NCBI GenBank assembly: GCA_963702095.1
Contig: OY969706.1
Location: forward strand, 1,568,001 to 1,632,000
DNA from: Candidatus Bathyarchaeota archaeon
Lineage (GTDB): Archaea; Thermoproteota; Bathyarchaeia; Bathyarchaeales; Bathycorpusculaceae
Length of the DNA stretch: 64,000 bases
Reading direction: 5' to 3'
A program made the translations under genes and the position numbers. Of the stretch, positions 38,914 to 49,886 are shown piece by piece. The number at the start of each line of letters is the position of its first letter. The stretch's first letter is position 1. The notes beneath the pieces were generated by a model. That model made no database searches. It was not told where the DNA came from and saw only the letters and a list, made by a program, of their open reading frames with translations.

Positions 38914-39864
38914 CTATGGTCTGTAACCGTTCAAAGTCGTCAACGCTAACGCCGCCGCGGTGATGTCTGCAGTGGTTCCGGGGTTATAATCGTTGCCCGC
39001 TTTACGCAGCTTCTTATCAAAAGCAATCAGGGCTTCTTTGCCCCTGGCGGTTTCGGCGCCGCCATAGTCGAGGATTTGCTGGGCGCCCTCAGAGACTTCG
39101 TTGGCTTTTTGTCGACCGATTTTTCGGGCGATAAAAGTGTCAGGGTTCCTGGCGAGAACGTTGAGGAACGTGTTAACAATAGCTGTGTTATGGTCTTTAC
39201 GTTTGAGTTCTGTGGCTAAGTATGGGTAGGCTAAGTCGAAGGTTATTGGGTAATTGTTTATCCATTCACTACAGATGTCATCGTAGCTCGAAGCGATCTC
39301 AAAAACCTGGCGCAACGTAACGTTTTCTGTGATTAGGCGGGCTTTGGAGTTTTGGTCTTTGACGTTTAAGTCAGGTGCACCGTTGAGTCCACTGGGTTTC
39401 GCAATATCTATGGCTTCGTATACTGCCACGGAATCCAAAGCGGTAGATGCCTTGATTACTTTGTCAATATTTTTGCGGAAAACCGCGAAGTCAAGCGTAT
39501 ATTTTTCGTCGGTCGGCGTCATGCCAGCCGCGACCGCCATCGGAGCAAACAGCATGATGGTGCCAAGCAGGGTGTTGCCGCCACGCTGCCACTCGTCGAT
39601 GTCTTTGATGCCCAACCGTATAAGCTCGCCTAATTCCGCGTTGGCGAGGCCGCGTTTGCCCTGGGCGATTTCGATGCCGCGGTAAGCCGCCTCCTGAAAA
39701 GATGGCCCTGCGGCGATGGAGGAGGCCAAAAAGTGTTCGGCTCTGGTGCCTTCAAAGTCTATGACTAAGTTTACGTTGCCTGGTTTGTCGGCGCTGACTT
39801 CTAGGATGATGGCTAATTGTAGGCATCTGCTGATGTGTTGAGCTTTTTCGCAGTTGATTGCCAA
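38914..39864 (-). CDS. citG: Triphosphoribosyl-dephospho-CoA synthase (CitG/MdcB)-like protein
   Basis: LEV...KPGNV, NT.LG...L..P, PDT.I.RK.G, NPGTTAD..AA. Confidence 0.88.
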   Translation of the reverse strand: MAINCEKAQHISRCLQLAIILEVSADKPGNVNLVIDFEGTRAEHFLASSIAAGPSFQEAAYRGIEIAQGKRGLANAELGELIRLGIKDIDEWQRGGNTLLGTIMLFAPMAVAAGMTPTDEKYTLDFAVFRKNIDKVIKASTALDSVAVYEAIDIAKPSGLNGAPDLNVKDQNSKARLITENVTLRQVFEIASSYDDICSEWINNYPITFDLAYPYLATELKRKDHNTAIVNTFLNVLARNPDTFIARKIGRQKANEVSEGAQQILDYGGAETARGKEALIAFDKKLRKAGNDYNPGTTADITAAALALTTLNGYRP

Positions 39865-39958
39865 TTTTGATGCACCGTTCTATTACGGTTCAAAAAAAGC
39901 CTTATTAACGTTATGTAAAAAATTACACACAAGTGCAGCAGTATACAACCGTGATGCT

Positions 39959-40972
39959 ATGAAGGCGCGTGAAGGAGACTTAATCAAAACCAAGAGCAAC
40001 GTGGTTTTCGACGTTAAAGGGTTAGTTCATCCGCCGCAGAAAATCATCGCGTTCCCCCGTTACATACCTACGCCGAATGGCCAAGAAAAAACCAAAGCGT
40101 CACATACGGCAAAGTCTACAGTTTAGGCGACCGCTTTCGGTACCTCCAACAAAACCACCCTGACCTCATCGTAGACGACCCCGTTTTCGGTGAAACCCTC
40201 TGCGAAGTCCCAACCAACCAAATCATAGAAATCCTTCAGCCCACAGAGAAGCTTGCAGAGTTCCGCAAAGCCAAAACCCTCTCGCCGCTGGAAGAAAAAG
40301 CCCTCCGCTTAGCAGAGCGCCTCAAAGAGAAGGCGGGTATCCCGTGGAGCAGCATCGGCATCTCAGGTTCCATCATGGCAGGCTTAACCACAGCCGCCTC
40401 AGACATTGACCCGCTTGTCTACGGCATAGAAAACAGCCGCAAAGCCTACGCTGCATTGGAGGAGTTGCGCAAAGAAGACGATTCAGGCTTCAAAGCCTAC
40501 ACGCAGGCGGAGCTAAGAACGCTCTATGATTTCCGCTCAAAAGACACGCAGATGAGTTTTGAGGATTTTTTGGCAGCGGAGAGTCGCAAAGCGTTTCAGG
40601 GCATGTTTATGGGCACAGACTACTTTGTCCGCTTCGTCAAAGACTGGACTGAAACCGCCCAAGAGTACGGCGACGTAACCTACCGGAACAGCGGCTACTG
40701 CAAAATCCTCACCAAAATCGTTGACACAGAAGACGCCCTGTTTACGCCCTGCACCTACAAAGTCGGCAGTGTTGTGACGCTTCAGGGGCCAGCAGCTCTC
40801 GTCGATTGAGGAAATTGTTTCTTTCCGCGGCAGATTCTGCCTCCAAGCTGCAGTTGGCGAACGCGTCGAGGCACAGGGCAAGGTCGAGTTGGTAGTGGAT
40901 AAAAAAAGCGGCAGCGAACATTACCGCCTCATTTTAGGCAATAAACCCCAAGACTACTTGGTGCTCACTTAG
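39959..40972 (+). CDS. Pol-beta-type nucleotidyltransferase paralog 1, frameshifted near 40082 and 40795
   Basis: REGD..FDVKG..HP, GISGS..SDID..VYG and C-terminal SFRGRF..A..GE.V...GKVE across three frames. Confidence 0.8.
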
Positions 40973-42042
40973 TGGAGTGCTTTTAGGACTTGCTCGTAGT
41001 AGCGTGGGCAATAGGTTAAGGTGACTTGATGGTAGCTGCCTTTGGGCGATTGGACCTCTTCTAAGTTGCCCTCGACGATTACGGTTTCGTCGCGCTGCAC
41101 TTGCTGGCGGAACTCCTCCATATAACTAAACACGCGGACGACTTCAAGGGCTTCTTTGGGTCCACTGAGCACTTCTAAGGGTTCGATGCCGTAGACTGAG
41201 GGAATAAACGGTCCATCATCGTCCGCTGTCACCCGTGCTTTGAGTTTTACCCAGCCCTTCTGCACAATCCGAGCTTCGGGATCATACTCGTTTACGATTT
41301 CCCCCCATGCTTTGACGGGTTCAAACTCTGCTTTGATTACTCTGCCGCTGCACTTGCGGTCGTCGTAGAGACCATAAATGTATTTTCGGCGCTGATGCCA
41401 CACAAAGTCGGGTACGGTGAAGTTTTTGAAGAGCCACCTTTTGCCTTTCATGGCGTCTTGGGAGGCGAACTCGTTGCTAAGCCCTGATGTTGGGTCAGAG
41501 TAGAGTTGCTTGTTTGTTTCGACGATTTTGCGGTTTTCTTCTTTGCCGTAGATAGTGAAGTCGATGTCAGAGTATTTGGGGTGGTGGAAGCCATGCAGCA
41601 TTGAACCGAAAACCCCGAAGCTCTGCGGTGACACACCCGACTTGCCGGTGGAGATTTCGAGTACTCGTTCCATAGCCGCTAAAAGCGGGTCAGCTGGGCC
41701 TTTTTTGAGCAGTTCCTGCAACCGGGGCTGCGGCTGCCTTGCCTCAGCAATCAGGTCATGAGGAACGCCGACGATTTTTAACCCAAGCATTTGGTGGTCG
41801 ATGAGGTATTGGGGGTATTTTTTGGCGACGAGTTTCATGCCTTCGTCATTGTAGAATTTGTAGTAAAGCTCGTTTCTGCCTTCGCGGGGTGCTCTTGGGT
41901 CGGTGGAGTGGAAGATTTTTGAGCTGGCGTATTCCGCATCGCAAATGTAAGCGTTTTGTGGGTGGTTGTAGCCGAAGACTCGGAAAAGGATGCCCTCAAC
42001 GCTTTGGATGGCGTCTCGGTCGCGGAGTTTTAGGTTGGCCAT
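40969..42042 (-). CDS. Pol-beta-type nucleotidyltransferase paralog 2
   Basis: RDRD..FRVFGY.HP, GVFGS..SDIDF.IYG. Confidence 0.85.
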   Translation of the reverse strand: MANLKLRDRDAIQSVEGILFRVFGYNHPQNAYICDAEYASSKIFHSTDPRAPREGRNELYYKFYNDEGMKLVAKKYPQYLIDHQMLGLKIVGVPHDLIAEARQPQPRLQELLKKGPADPLLAAMERVLEISTGKSGVSPQSFGVFGSMLHGFHHPKYSDIDFTIYGKEENRKIVETNKQLYSDPTSGLSNEFASQDAMKGKRWLFKNFTVPDFVWHQRRKYIYGLYDDRKCSGRVIKAEFEPVKAWGEIVNEYDPEARIVQKGWVKLKARVTADDDGPFIPSVYGIEPLEVLSGPKEALEVVRVFSYMEEFRQQVQRDETVIVEGNLEEVQSPKGSYHQVTLTYCPRYYEQVLKALH

Positions 42043-43079
42043 ATGTACTCTTCTTCTGAAGTGGCTGTTCCCACAACGACCTGGTAGAAGGTGCTGCCGT
42101 CTGTTGTGGATTGGGCTTTCTCTAGGGTGCCTGCGACTTTGATTTGCCCCCCGTTGCGGGCGATGTTTCGGTAGCAGCCAATGTTTGAGATGACCTGTGT
42201 GGGAATCTGTTCGAGGTCAAGTTCTGACTGTGCATCCATGGGCTTGTAATTGGTGATTCTGTAGGCGGCTGGGCGATACATGGTTTCGGTGTCGTCGCAC
42301 ACAGTTGCGGTGAAGCGCAGGGGCGCCAACGCGGTGTAGGTGTAGTCGCCGTATTTGCCCTTGATTTCCTCTGGGTTTTTGGTGGCGTTGTACATCCAGA
42401 TTTTGCCGTGGTATTTGCCGACGAATTTGCGGGCGGCTTCGATGCGGTTACCCGCGATGTAGGTTAAGGTGCCCTCATTCACCAGGATTTGGATGGTTTG
42501 TTCGACCTGACGGAAGTTGTCGGTGCCGTACACGACAAAGTCAATGTCGCTTTCAGGCGCATGCATCTCCAACGCGATAGAGCCGTGGATGCCCAAGTCG
42601 CTGTAGGCTACACCTGATTCTTTGTGGATGAGGTCGATGAGTTTGAGCGCGTGGGTTTGGAGGCTGTCGGGGCTTTTTAGGTTCTGCAGCCACACAAGCC
42701 GGTCTCTTGGCACAAACATCTGCTCAATCTTGTCTAGTGGCGCGGTTATGAGTTCTTTGCTGCGGGTTTGGTCGTAGAAGAGGTAGTTGGGGAAGTTTTT
42801 GCGGAAGGCTTCGATGAAGGTTTGGTAGTTTTTAGCTGTGTAGAGTTTTTCGGCACGGAACAACTGCGCCGTAAGCGGTTTTGATCCAAACTTCCATGTG
42901 CGCTGCAGCATTTCTACGTTGAAGAGGTCCTTGTACTTGGCTGGGATGTACTTGAGAAACGCGAACACCCTATCCTCTGGGTGCTCGTAGCCGAACGTGT
43001 TCATGATGAAGCCGTCTTCGGTGACAAAGGTGTCGCCGTCGGCTGGAACCCAAATTGTTGCGTCTTCCGTAAGTTGCAC
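42030..43079 (-). CDS. Pol-beta-type nucleotidyltransferase paralog 3
   Basis: [23 protein letters not shown]. Confidence 0.85.
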   Translation of the reverse strand: MQLTEDATIWVPADGDTFVTEDGFIMNTFGYEHPEDRVFAFLKYIPAKYKDLFNVEMLQRTWKFGSKPLTAQLFRAEKLYTAKNYQTFIEAFRKNFPNYLFYDQTRSKELITAPLDKIEQMFVPRDRLVWLQNLKSPDSLQTHALKLIDLIHKESGVAYSDLGIHGSIALEMHAPESDIDFVVYGTDNFRQVEQTIQILVNEGTLTYIAGNRIEAARKFVGKYHGKIWMYNATKNPEEIKGKYGDYTYTALAPLRFTATVCDDTETMYRPAAYRITNYKPMDAQSELDLEQIPTQVISNIGCYRNIARNGGQIKVAGTLEKAQSTTDGSTFYQVVVGTATSEEEYIWPT

Positions 43080-43137
43080 CGCAAAAGTATGACTTGGCGT
43101 TCACTAAAAAAGCTATTGCAAAAGGCTTGGCAAAAGT

Positions 43138-43278
43138 TTTGTTTTTCTATGTTAAGAAGAAGAGAACGCCGCCCTTACTCAGCTTCTTCCAGCGGGCTTT
43201 GCTGTGCAGTGCTTTTTGGCGTTGGATTGTGTGTGTGATTGCGGATTGGTTGAGGCGTTTTCTACAAGCAGAGCAAAC
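43138..43278 (+). repeat. Dispersed repeat family B, copy B3
   Basis: GTTTTTCTA..TTAAGAAGAAGAGA..GCCCTTACTCA..TGGTTGAGG.GTTT..TACAAGCAGA, closely matching 54628-54768. Confidence 0.85.
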
Positions 43279-43304
43279 ATAGGAGCCTCACTTAGAAATG
43301 CGGA

Positions 43305-43852
43305 TTAAATTTGACTTAAGATGTTCTGCGCCAAGACCTCAGGCAAACCTTCACGGTTATCATGTGTAACCAAAAACGCCTCAGCATCTGCACGGCACTT
43401 GGTCTCCACTATTAAGGGATCTTTGGCTTTGGCATGCACAATCGCCAACACAACCTTTGGACTATTCAACGCTGCCTCTACAGCTTGCTTAAACTTTTGC
43501 GAAAAAAGCTCCAGGGGCCAATGTCGTCGATGACTACTACCTCATACTTATGGGTGGCTTCAGAGATGGCTTCTACGCCTATACTGTCAAGATCCTCAAG
43601 ATTAACATGGTATTTTCCTATTTGTGGCCCCGTTTTCTGCGCTACATGTGCTAGCCAGCCATGCTTGCCGCTTGTTAAATCGACGACTTCAAACCCTACA
43701 CGTGCATAGCCATTTCTGGCTTCACGGCTAATCATGCCGCCTATACTGATGCCGTGACTTTTGAGGGTCTCAACGGTTTTAGAGAGAACAGTGGTTTTTC
43801 CACTCTCTGGTGCGCCGGTAATGATTAGGATTCTCTTCTCCAAAGCAACCAT
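43305..43852 (-). CDS. THEP1/NTPase_1 family nucleoside triphosphatase, frameshifted near 43515
   Basis: ITGAPESGKTT, GG..S.E.R...RVGF, VVIDDIGP; adding one C restores LELFSQKF to TAA at 43305. Confidence 0.85.
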
Positions 43853-43880
43853 CGTTGTTTCAATAAGCAGAAAGAATAGT

Positions 43881-44858
43881 TTAAACTGGTTTGGGATGCA
43901 TTCGCCCTGTTTTTAGATTGCTTACGAGTTCCGTGGTTGAGTTGAAAGAGTTTACTAAGAATTTTCCGATAAATCCCTCACCTGTTGTCAGTGTTAGCGC
44001 TGTATAGAGGGTGCTTGTGACATGTGTGTGGTCAATTTTTAGTGCCTGTAGATAGTATTTTTTTGCTTCATTGTCTTTGCCCAGTCGCGACAGGTAAAAG
44101 CCGATTTGATAGTTAATATCCGCCTTAGCCCTTGCCGACATTCTGCCCCCATACCTTTGGAGGAAATATTGGCGTATGAGAACCTTGTCTTTCGCCCAGC
44201 CCAACATGTTTTGGTTGCTGATGTTACTTTCGTGGATACGGTATTTCGCTAGGATTTCAGGCATAAAGAGGAATTCGTGGTCAACTGCTAAATCCACTAA
44301 AAAGCGGTGGTCATTGACGTATCTTAGTTGTGGATCAAACCTAATATTCTCTACGTAATCAGCCCTAAAGATCATGCTCTGACGAAAAACAATCAGTTCC
44401 TTTAGAAGCGGTTCAAATAAACAGCCGTTTTTATCTGAGAACGCTTTGATGTGCTGGGTTACAAGTTCACCAGTTCTTTGGCCTTGGCTGTTAATGACTT
44501 CGCCTTCTGACCAGAGAAGTTTTGTATCGTCCTTTCTTAGAATTCTTAGCTGTTTTTCCAGCTTGTCTCTTATCCATAAGTCATCTGAATCTAAGAAACA
44601 AACGTATTTGCCGCTGACGCGCTCTAAACCATCATTTAACGTTGTTGAAACACCCAAGTTTTTATTGTGGAAAAACGCGTGGACTCGTGGATCCTTTTTT
44701 TGGTAGTCAACAATTATTTTCGGAGAATTATCGGTTGAACAGTCCTCAGTAATTAAGAGTTCAAGATCCGTGAAGGTTTGGTTTAAAACACTATCCATGG
44801 CTTCTGCTACGTATTTTTCATGATTACGGCAACACATAACTACACTAACTAAAACCAT
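43881..44858 (-). CDS. Family 2 glycosyltransferase with C-terminal TPR-like helix
   Basis: VSVVM, SVLNQTF.D.E, DCSTD, FLDSDD.W. Confidence 0.9.
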   Translation of the reverse strand: MVLVSVVMCCRNHEKYVAEAMDSVLNQTFTDLELLITEDCSTDNSPKIIVDYQKKDPRVHAFFHNKNLGVSTTLNDGLERVSGKYVCFLDSDDLWIRDKLEKQLRILRKDDTKLLWSEGEVINSQGQRTGELVTQHIKAFSDKNGCLFEPLLKELIVFRQSMIFRADYVENIRFDPQLRYVNDHRFLVDLAVDHEFLFMPEILAKYRIHESNISNQNMLGWAKDKVLIRQYFLQRYGGRMSARAKADINYQIGFYLSRLGKDNEAKKYYLQALKIDHTHVTSTLYTALTLTTGEGFIGKFLVNSFNSTTELVSNLKTGRMHPKPV

Positions 44859-45024
44859 AAGTTATCAACTGCAGGGGATAGAATTAGAACCTACAGGATG
44901 TCTATCTATTGCATGAAGATAATGCTTTCGATTGACCCCGCTAATCGGCAGTACATTAAAAGCTGCTTTATCGAACATTTTTAAGATAGTCACTCAAATC
45001 ATACATTATCTTTGGAGCAGAAGC

Positions 45025-46242
45025 ATGACAGAAAAAACTGGTTTCGTTGCCGATTTCCCAAGCGAAATCATACATGAAGGCAAAGTGCAAGTTTTAGTGC
45101 CAGACCTCAAAGCCTACGGCGTAATCCCCAGCGATTACGCGCCCTCCAAAGCCCCAGTTTTCTACAATCCTGTGATGGAGTTCAACCGCGACCTCAGCGT
45201 CCTAGCCCTCCAAACCTACCAACGCATGGTTAACCATGAAGTGAGCGTCTGTGAGCCCCTATCCAGCCAGGGCATCCGCGGAATCCGCTACGCCGCAGAA
45301 GTCAACGGTGCCTCAAGGGTGCTTTTAAGCGACATCAGCACAAAAGCCTGCGAACTCGCCCAACACAACATCGAACTCAACCATCTTGAAACCAAAGTCA
45401 CCTTAAAGCACAGCGACGCAAACCGCACACTCTCCAACAACGCTTCACCCAAAAAACGCTTCGACATAATCGACATCGACCCCTTCGGCACACCCGCCCC
45501 CTACCTCGACTCAGCGCTTCGAGCACTCAAAAACAAGGGGTTGCTGGCGGCTACTGCTACGGATTTGGCGCCGCTCTGCGGGGTGCATACGAAGGCTTGT
45601 CTGCGTAAGTATGGGGGTAGACCTTTGCGTACGGAGTACTGCCACGAGTTGGCGGTGAGGCTTCTCTGCGGCGCAGTTGCGGCGACGGCGGCGAAGCATG
45701 ACATCGGCGTCAAAGTGCTCTTCAGCCACAGCACAGACCACTATATCCGCGGTTACATCCAAATAGGTTATGGCGCAAAAAAAGCCGACGAAAGCCTCAA
45801 AGCGGTGGGCTACATCATGCACTGCTTTAACTGTATGCATCGAGAAATCACCCACAATCCCTTCGGCTGCCCAACCTGCCCTGAATGCGGCACAAAGATG
45901 GATTGGGCGGGTCCGCTCTGGATAGGCGCAATTGCGGACGAGGCGTTTGTGGAGCAGATGCTTGCCCAAAACAGGACGGCGGCGTTTAGGAACAGCAACA
46001 AAATCACCAAACTCTTAACCCAAATCAGAGCCGAAGCCGCATCGCCCGCCACGTACTATGTCATTGATAAATTAAGCGGCAAACTCACTTTGCCCGCGCC
46101 ATCCAACATAGCATTCATAGAAGCCCTCAAAACAGCAGGTTTCCAAGCGGTGCCCACGCATTTCAACCCGCGGGGCATAAAAACGGATGCGCCAGCAATG
46201 GCTATGCATAAGATTCTACAAAAACTTGTAGTTGCCGCTTGA
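45025..46242 (+). CDS. trm1: tRNA (guanine26-N2)-dimethyltransferase
   Basis: VFYNP.M.FNRD, GIRGIRY, IDIDPFGTP, TATD, HE...R.L, zinc finger, GPLW.G. Confidence 0.95.
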   Translation: MTEKTGFVADFPSEIIHEGKVQVLVPDLKAYGVIPSDYAPSKAPVFYNPVMEFNRDLSVLALQTYQRMVNHEVSVCEPLSSQGIRGIRYAAEVNGASRVLLSDISTKACELAQHNIELNHLETKVTLKHSDANRTLSNNASPKKRFDIIDIDPFGTPAPYLDSALRALKNKGLLAATATDLAPLCGVHTKACLRKYGGRPLRTEYCHELAVRLLCGAVAATAAKHDIGVKVLFSHSTDHYIRGYIQIGYGAKKADESLKAVGYIMHCFNCMHREITHNPFGCPTCPECGTKMDWAGPLWIGAIADEAFVEQMLAQNRTAAFRNSNKITKLLTQIRAEAASPATYYVIDKLSGKLTLPAPSNIAFIEALKTAGFQAVPTHFNPRGIKTDAPAMAMHKILQKLVVAA

Positions 46243-46280
46243 TTTTTTAACTAACCTCTCATAAAATAACCCAAACACAG

Positions 46281-46742
46281 TTGGTTAATATGACTATTAT
46301 AGTGGAGCAGATAAGGGAAATCGTCAACCGAGAAACTCATGCATGGGACACCCAAGACGTAGAGCTTTTACTGACGATTTTTCATCCAGACATGGTTTGG
46401 CCATGGCCTCCAACCGAAAATGACCATGACCCTATGGATTGGATCCTTGAGCAGGGCAGATACAACTATAACCGCTGGAAAGAAGGCTGGCAGCGCCTAT
46501 TTGATACACACGACTTAATCCACAACAGGCGGGTCATAAGAAAGATAGTGGTTTCCAAAGAAGGTGATGGTGCATATGCAGTTGTAGACGTTGATACCTT
46601 GTGGATGGACAAGAAAGGACATAGGAACCATTGGAAGGGGAGAGCCTGTAAAGTCTACACTAAAGTGGGAAAAGAATGGAAGATGATTATGCATACAGGG
46701 TTGCTTGACTACGAAAGTTTAAAGAGCAAAACCAACTTCTAA
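46281..46742 (+). CDS. SnoaL/NTF2-like protein
   Basis: AWD..D...L...FHPD, WK...HTG. Confidence 0.75.
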   Translation: MVNMTIIVEQIREIVNRETHAWDTQDVELLLTIFHPDMVWPWPPTENDHDPMDWILEQGRYNYNRWKEGWQRLFDTHDLIHNRRVIRKIVVSKEGDGAYAVVDVDTLWMDKKGHRNHWKGRACKVYTKVGKEWKMIMHTGLLDYESLKSKTNF

Positions 46743-46761
46743 AATGTAAAAGTGATCAATC

Positions 46762-47574
46762 ATGACTCAAAAAATCGCAGTTATCGGCACCGGCATGATG
46801 GGCGGCGCAATAATCAAGAGCCTCGTCAAAGGCGGAATCACAGCATCCTCCATTACAGCCGTTGACATTCAAGCTGAAAAACTCAAGGAATTCGAAGCGC
46901 TCGGCGTTAAAACAGGCGTCGACAACGCCAAAGCCTCCGCCTCAGCCGACATCGTTTTTGTAATCGTTAAACCCGGCGACGTAGCCAAAATCCTCAAAGA
47001 AATCAGCAGAGAAATCAAGGGCAAACTCGTCATATCCGTCGCCGCCACTGTGCCACTGAGTTTTCTCAAGAAAAACGCGCCGGCTGAAGCCAAAATCGTG
47101 CGTATCATGCCCAACCTCGGCGCAATGGTGCAAGCCGCTTACACAGCCTATTGCTGTGGCGAAAACGTCACGGTCCAAGACAAAGAAACCGTGAAGGGTT
47201 TACTGGACTTGATGGGTGTCTATGATGAGGTGGACGAGAAATACATGGATGCCATCACGGCGGTCAGCGGCAGCGGACCCGGCTACATGAGCATAATCAT
47301 CGAAGCCCTCACTTACGCAGGCTTAAAAGTGGGGTTGCCCCGCAACATCGCCCTCAACTGTGCAGCGCAGACAGTGATGGGCACCGGCAAACTCGTCTTA
47401 GACCTCCATGAGGAACCCTCAAAAATCAAGGACATGACCACCACCCCCGGCGGAACAACCATCGAAGCCATCTACCAAATCGAACAATCACAAATCCGCC
47501 CAGCCATGATACGCGCCATCGAAGAAGCCACCAAAAAAAGCCAGGCCATCCGCGAAAAACTCAACCTCCAATGA
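46762..47574 (+). CDS. proC: Pyrroline-5-carboxylate reductase
   Basis: IGTGMMG, VKP, RIMPN, TAVSGSGPGY, TTPGGTT. Confidence 0.96.
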   Translation: MTQKIAVIGTGMMGGAIIKSLVKGGITASSITAVDIQAEKLKEFEALGVKTGVDNAKASASADIVFVIVKPGDVAKILKEISREIKGKLVISVAATVPLSFLKKNAPAEAKIVRIMPNLGAMVQAAYTAYCCGENVTVQDKETVKGLLDLMGVYDEVDEKYMDAITAVSGSGPGYMSIIIEALTYAGLKVGLPRNIALNCAAQTVMGTGKLVLDLHEEPSKIKDMTTTPGGTTIEAIYQIEQSQIRPAMIRAIEEATKKSQAIREKLNLQ

Positions 47575-47583
47575 GAACCCACC

Positions 47584-48237
47584 ATGTTTGAAGCAGCAAT
47601 CTTCGACTGGGACGGAACCCTCGCCGACACAAGAAAAGCCATTGATGTTTCATTCCAGAGGGCACTCAAAGATATCAGCCTCACCGTCCCCACCCCCTAC
47701 ATCGAGCGCAGAATAGGCATCGGCGCAGCGGAAACGTTCCGTGCGATTCTCGAAGCTGCAAACAGGCGGGTTGATGAGAAGGTTGTTAAGCAGCTTGTTG
47801 AGCGAAAAAGTGAAATTCAGATTCAATTAGCCGATGAAGTGGCACTGTTTGAGGGTGGGCGGGAGCTGCTTGCGGTGTTGCATGGTAAGGTGAAGGTGGG
47901 GTTGGCGTCGATGAATAACCGAAACGTCATCATGCATCTGCTTCAAATCAAGGGTTTAATCGACTGTTTTGACGTGGTTTTAACGGTTGAGGCGGTCTCT
48001 TTCTCTAAGCCTGACCCAGAGATTTTCCTAAAAACCGCGCAGCAACTAAAAGCTCAGCCTTCGGCATGTGTAGTGTTTGAGGATTCGATTTTCGGCGTGG
48101 AGGCGGCGAAGGCGGCGGGGATGAGTTGTATCGCGGTGACAACGGGCGTCTATAACAAGCAAGAGTTGGAAGAAGAAAAAGCTGATTTAGTCGTAGAAAA
48201 CTTGTCTGACCCCAAGATACAACGTTTTTTCATGTAA
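47584..48237 (+). CDS. HAD-superfamily phosphatase (beta-phosphoglucomutase-like)
   Basis: FDWDGTL, KPDPEIF, VFEDS..GV.AA..AGM. Confidence 0.92.
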   Translation: MFEAAIFDWDGTLADTRKAIDVSFQRALKDISLTVPTPYIERRIGIGAAETFRAILEAANRRVDEKVVKQLVERKSEIQIQLADEVALFEGGRELLAVLHGKVKVGLASMNNRNVIMHLLQIKGLIDCFDVVLTVEAVSFSKPDPEIFLKTAQQLKAQPSACVVFEDSIFGVEAAKAAGMSCIAVTTGVYNKQELEEEKADLVVENLSDPKIQRFFM

Positions 48238-48337
48238 TGTTGACGCTTGTTGTAGTGCCAAGCCAATCACATAGCTTTAAACATTTTTCAAAATAATAAT
48301 AGATTGTTTTTCAAACCCTGAAAGGAAGAACAAGCTT

Positions 48338-48607
48338 TTGACAAATGCCGCTCGGAGAAAAACAGGTAAGCCCGCACAATTCCAGATTCTTTTGCTGGAC
48401 AACGATGCAAGCTTAGACGTCGAAGTTAGAGAAGCCGAAGACGTGGATTTCTGCCAAGTCAAAAAGCACTTGCGTAACGGAGGCTCCGTCTTCATCACCA
48501 GCCGAGCGTCACAGAAAATACGAGTTCCAAAGGCAACGGCACAAGTTAACTATAACCGAAGCCGAAAAACGCTTGGTCTACTCCTTCATCAGCACCTGAG
48601 AAGCTAA
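48338..48607 (+). CDS. Hypothetical protein
   Basis: 89-aa TTG ORF. Confidence 0.55.
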   Translation: MTNAARRKTGKPAQFQILLLDNDASLDVEVREAEDVDFCQVKKHLRNGGSVFITSRASQKIRVPKATAQVNYNRSRKTLGLLLHQHLRS

Positions 48608-48611
48608 ATGT

Positions 48612-48679
48612 GTAGCGTGCATCCATAAGATTCCCTTTACCCCCCTCTCTCTCTTCCGAAAATTTTGGGTGCACGCTAC
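48612..48679. terminator. Long inverted repeat between convergent genes
   Basis: GTAGCGTGCATCCA..TGGGTGCACGCTAC with a pyrimidine-rich loop. Confidence 0.55.
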
Positions 48680-48702
48680 TCTCGCTAACAGTTCTTGTGT
48701 TT

Positions 48703-49680
48703 TTAAAAGGTCGATATGCCTTCATTGGCGGAAGGCCAAGGTACCCAGACTGGAAACACTGAAACCTCGATTCGTGAAATACCCAGTATTTTTGCTAATT
48801 TTTCCTGAGTCGTGAGCATTTGATTGATATCTTTTAACATCACGTAAATAAAAATATCAAATTCGCCGCTTGTTTTTATGACCAAAAATATATCGTCAAT
48901 AGCCATCAATTCACTTAGCACCGACTCTGGATCGTTTTGAGAATCAAGTGCTAACGCGATGTTCGCGATTGCATTATACCCAAGTTTAGGTAAGTCAACT
49001 TGGATGATGGGTTTGATGATGCCGTTGTCTAGTAGCCGCCGGTATTTTCTTGAAACCGTTTTTATGGATGTTCCTACGACCTTCGCTATTTGGCCAAATG
49101 GCTGCATACTATTTTTGGATAGTTTATCTATTATCTGAAAATCAACCGCATCTAATTTGATACTTCTGCCTCGGTCGGCTGGAGATGTATGGCTTTGCGA
49201 CTGCTTACACGGGTGCGTTAATTTAGTGATCTGCAAGTTTTCTGGGAAGTTTTTTATGCCTGTCCAGATTTCTGTTCTTATACTTTGCACAGACTTGTTT
49301 CTTCGGATTAGGGTTTTTAAATTAATCACGTCGTTTATGTCTTTTAGCGAGGTAAGGAAGTATATGTCGGCTTTAACCCCGCCGTAGATGATAAGTGGGA
49401 TTTCGAAAGGTATTTTTCTAATAAACGTGGCAACGGATTCTATGTCTTTTTTGTCGACTTTAACTATCACGCCGCAAGTGGCGTTTGCTCCCAGTGCACA
49501 GTGGTCCACTTGAATTGTTGAGCCAGTGATTACGCCTGCTTTTTCTAATTCCGCAAAGCGGTCCCCTATGGAGACAGCGGAGATGTTGCATTCAGCAGCT
49601 AATTCGACAAAGTTTTTTCTGGCGTTAGATAGCAGTCCTTTGATGATTTTGGCGTCTATTTCATCGATTTTTCCCGTCAT
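48703..49680 (-). CDS. Tandem double Lrp/AsnC transcriptional regulator
   Basis: Two [IL]D..D..II..L..N HTH plus RAM repeats; start at ATG 49680. Confidence 0.88.
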   Translation of the reverse strand: MTGKIDEIDAKIIKGLLSNARKNFVELAAECNISAVSIGDRFAELEKAGVITGSTIQVDHCALGANATCGVIVKVDKKDIESVATFIRKIPFEIPLIIYGGVKADIYFLTSLKDINDVINLKTLIRRNKSVQSIRTEIWTGIKNFPENLQITKLTHPCKQSQSHTSPADRGRSIKLDAVDFQIIDKLSKNSMQPFGQIAKVVGTSIKTVSRKYRRLLDNGIIKPIIQVDLPKLGYNAIANIALALDSQNDPESVLSELMAIDDIFLVIKTSGEFDIFIYVMLKDINQMLTTQEKLAKILGISRIEVSVFPVWVPWPSANEGISTF

Positions 49681-49886
49681 GTCCTCTCCCCCAATGGGTG
49701 CCTTACGCTTATTGGCTTTTTTTGCTTTTAAATTCTGTGCTAAAGAGACGGTTTCGGGAAAGAAAACAAAGGTGTTAGCCATTTTTTGCTTAGAATTTTT
49801 CGTCTTAAATGATTTAATTGACAAATGCGTGCGCTGGTGGTCAGGCACCACTCAACTCAAACCATAGACACAGGGGTATAACAACG

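Noticed and set aside
40080-40810. Programmed ribosomal frameshifting in NTase 1 and other split genes
   Set aside because: No consistent slippery site or stimulatory structure; homopolymer-type errors are the simpler explanation
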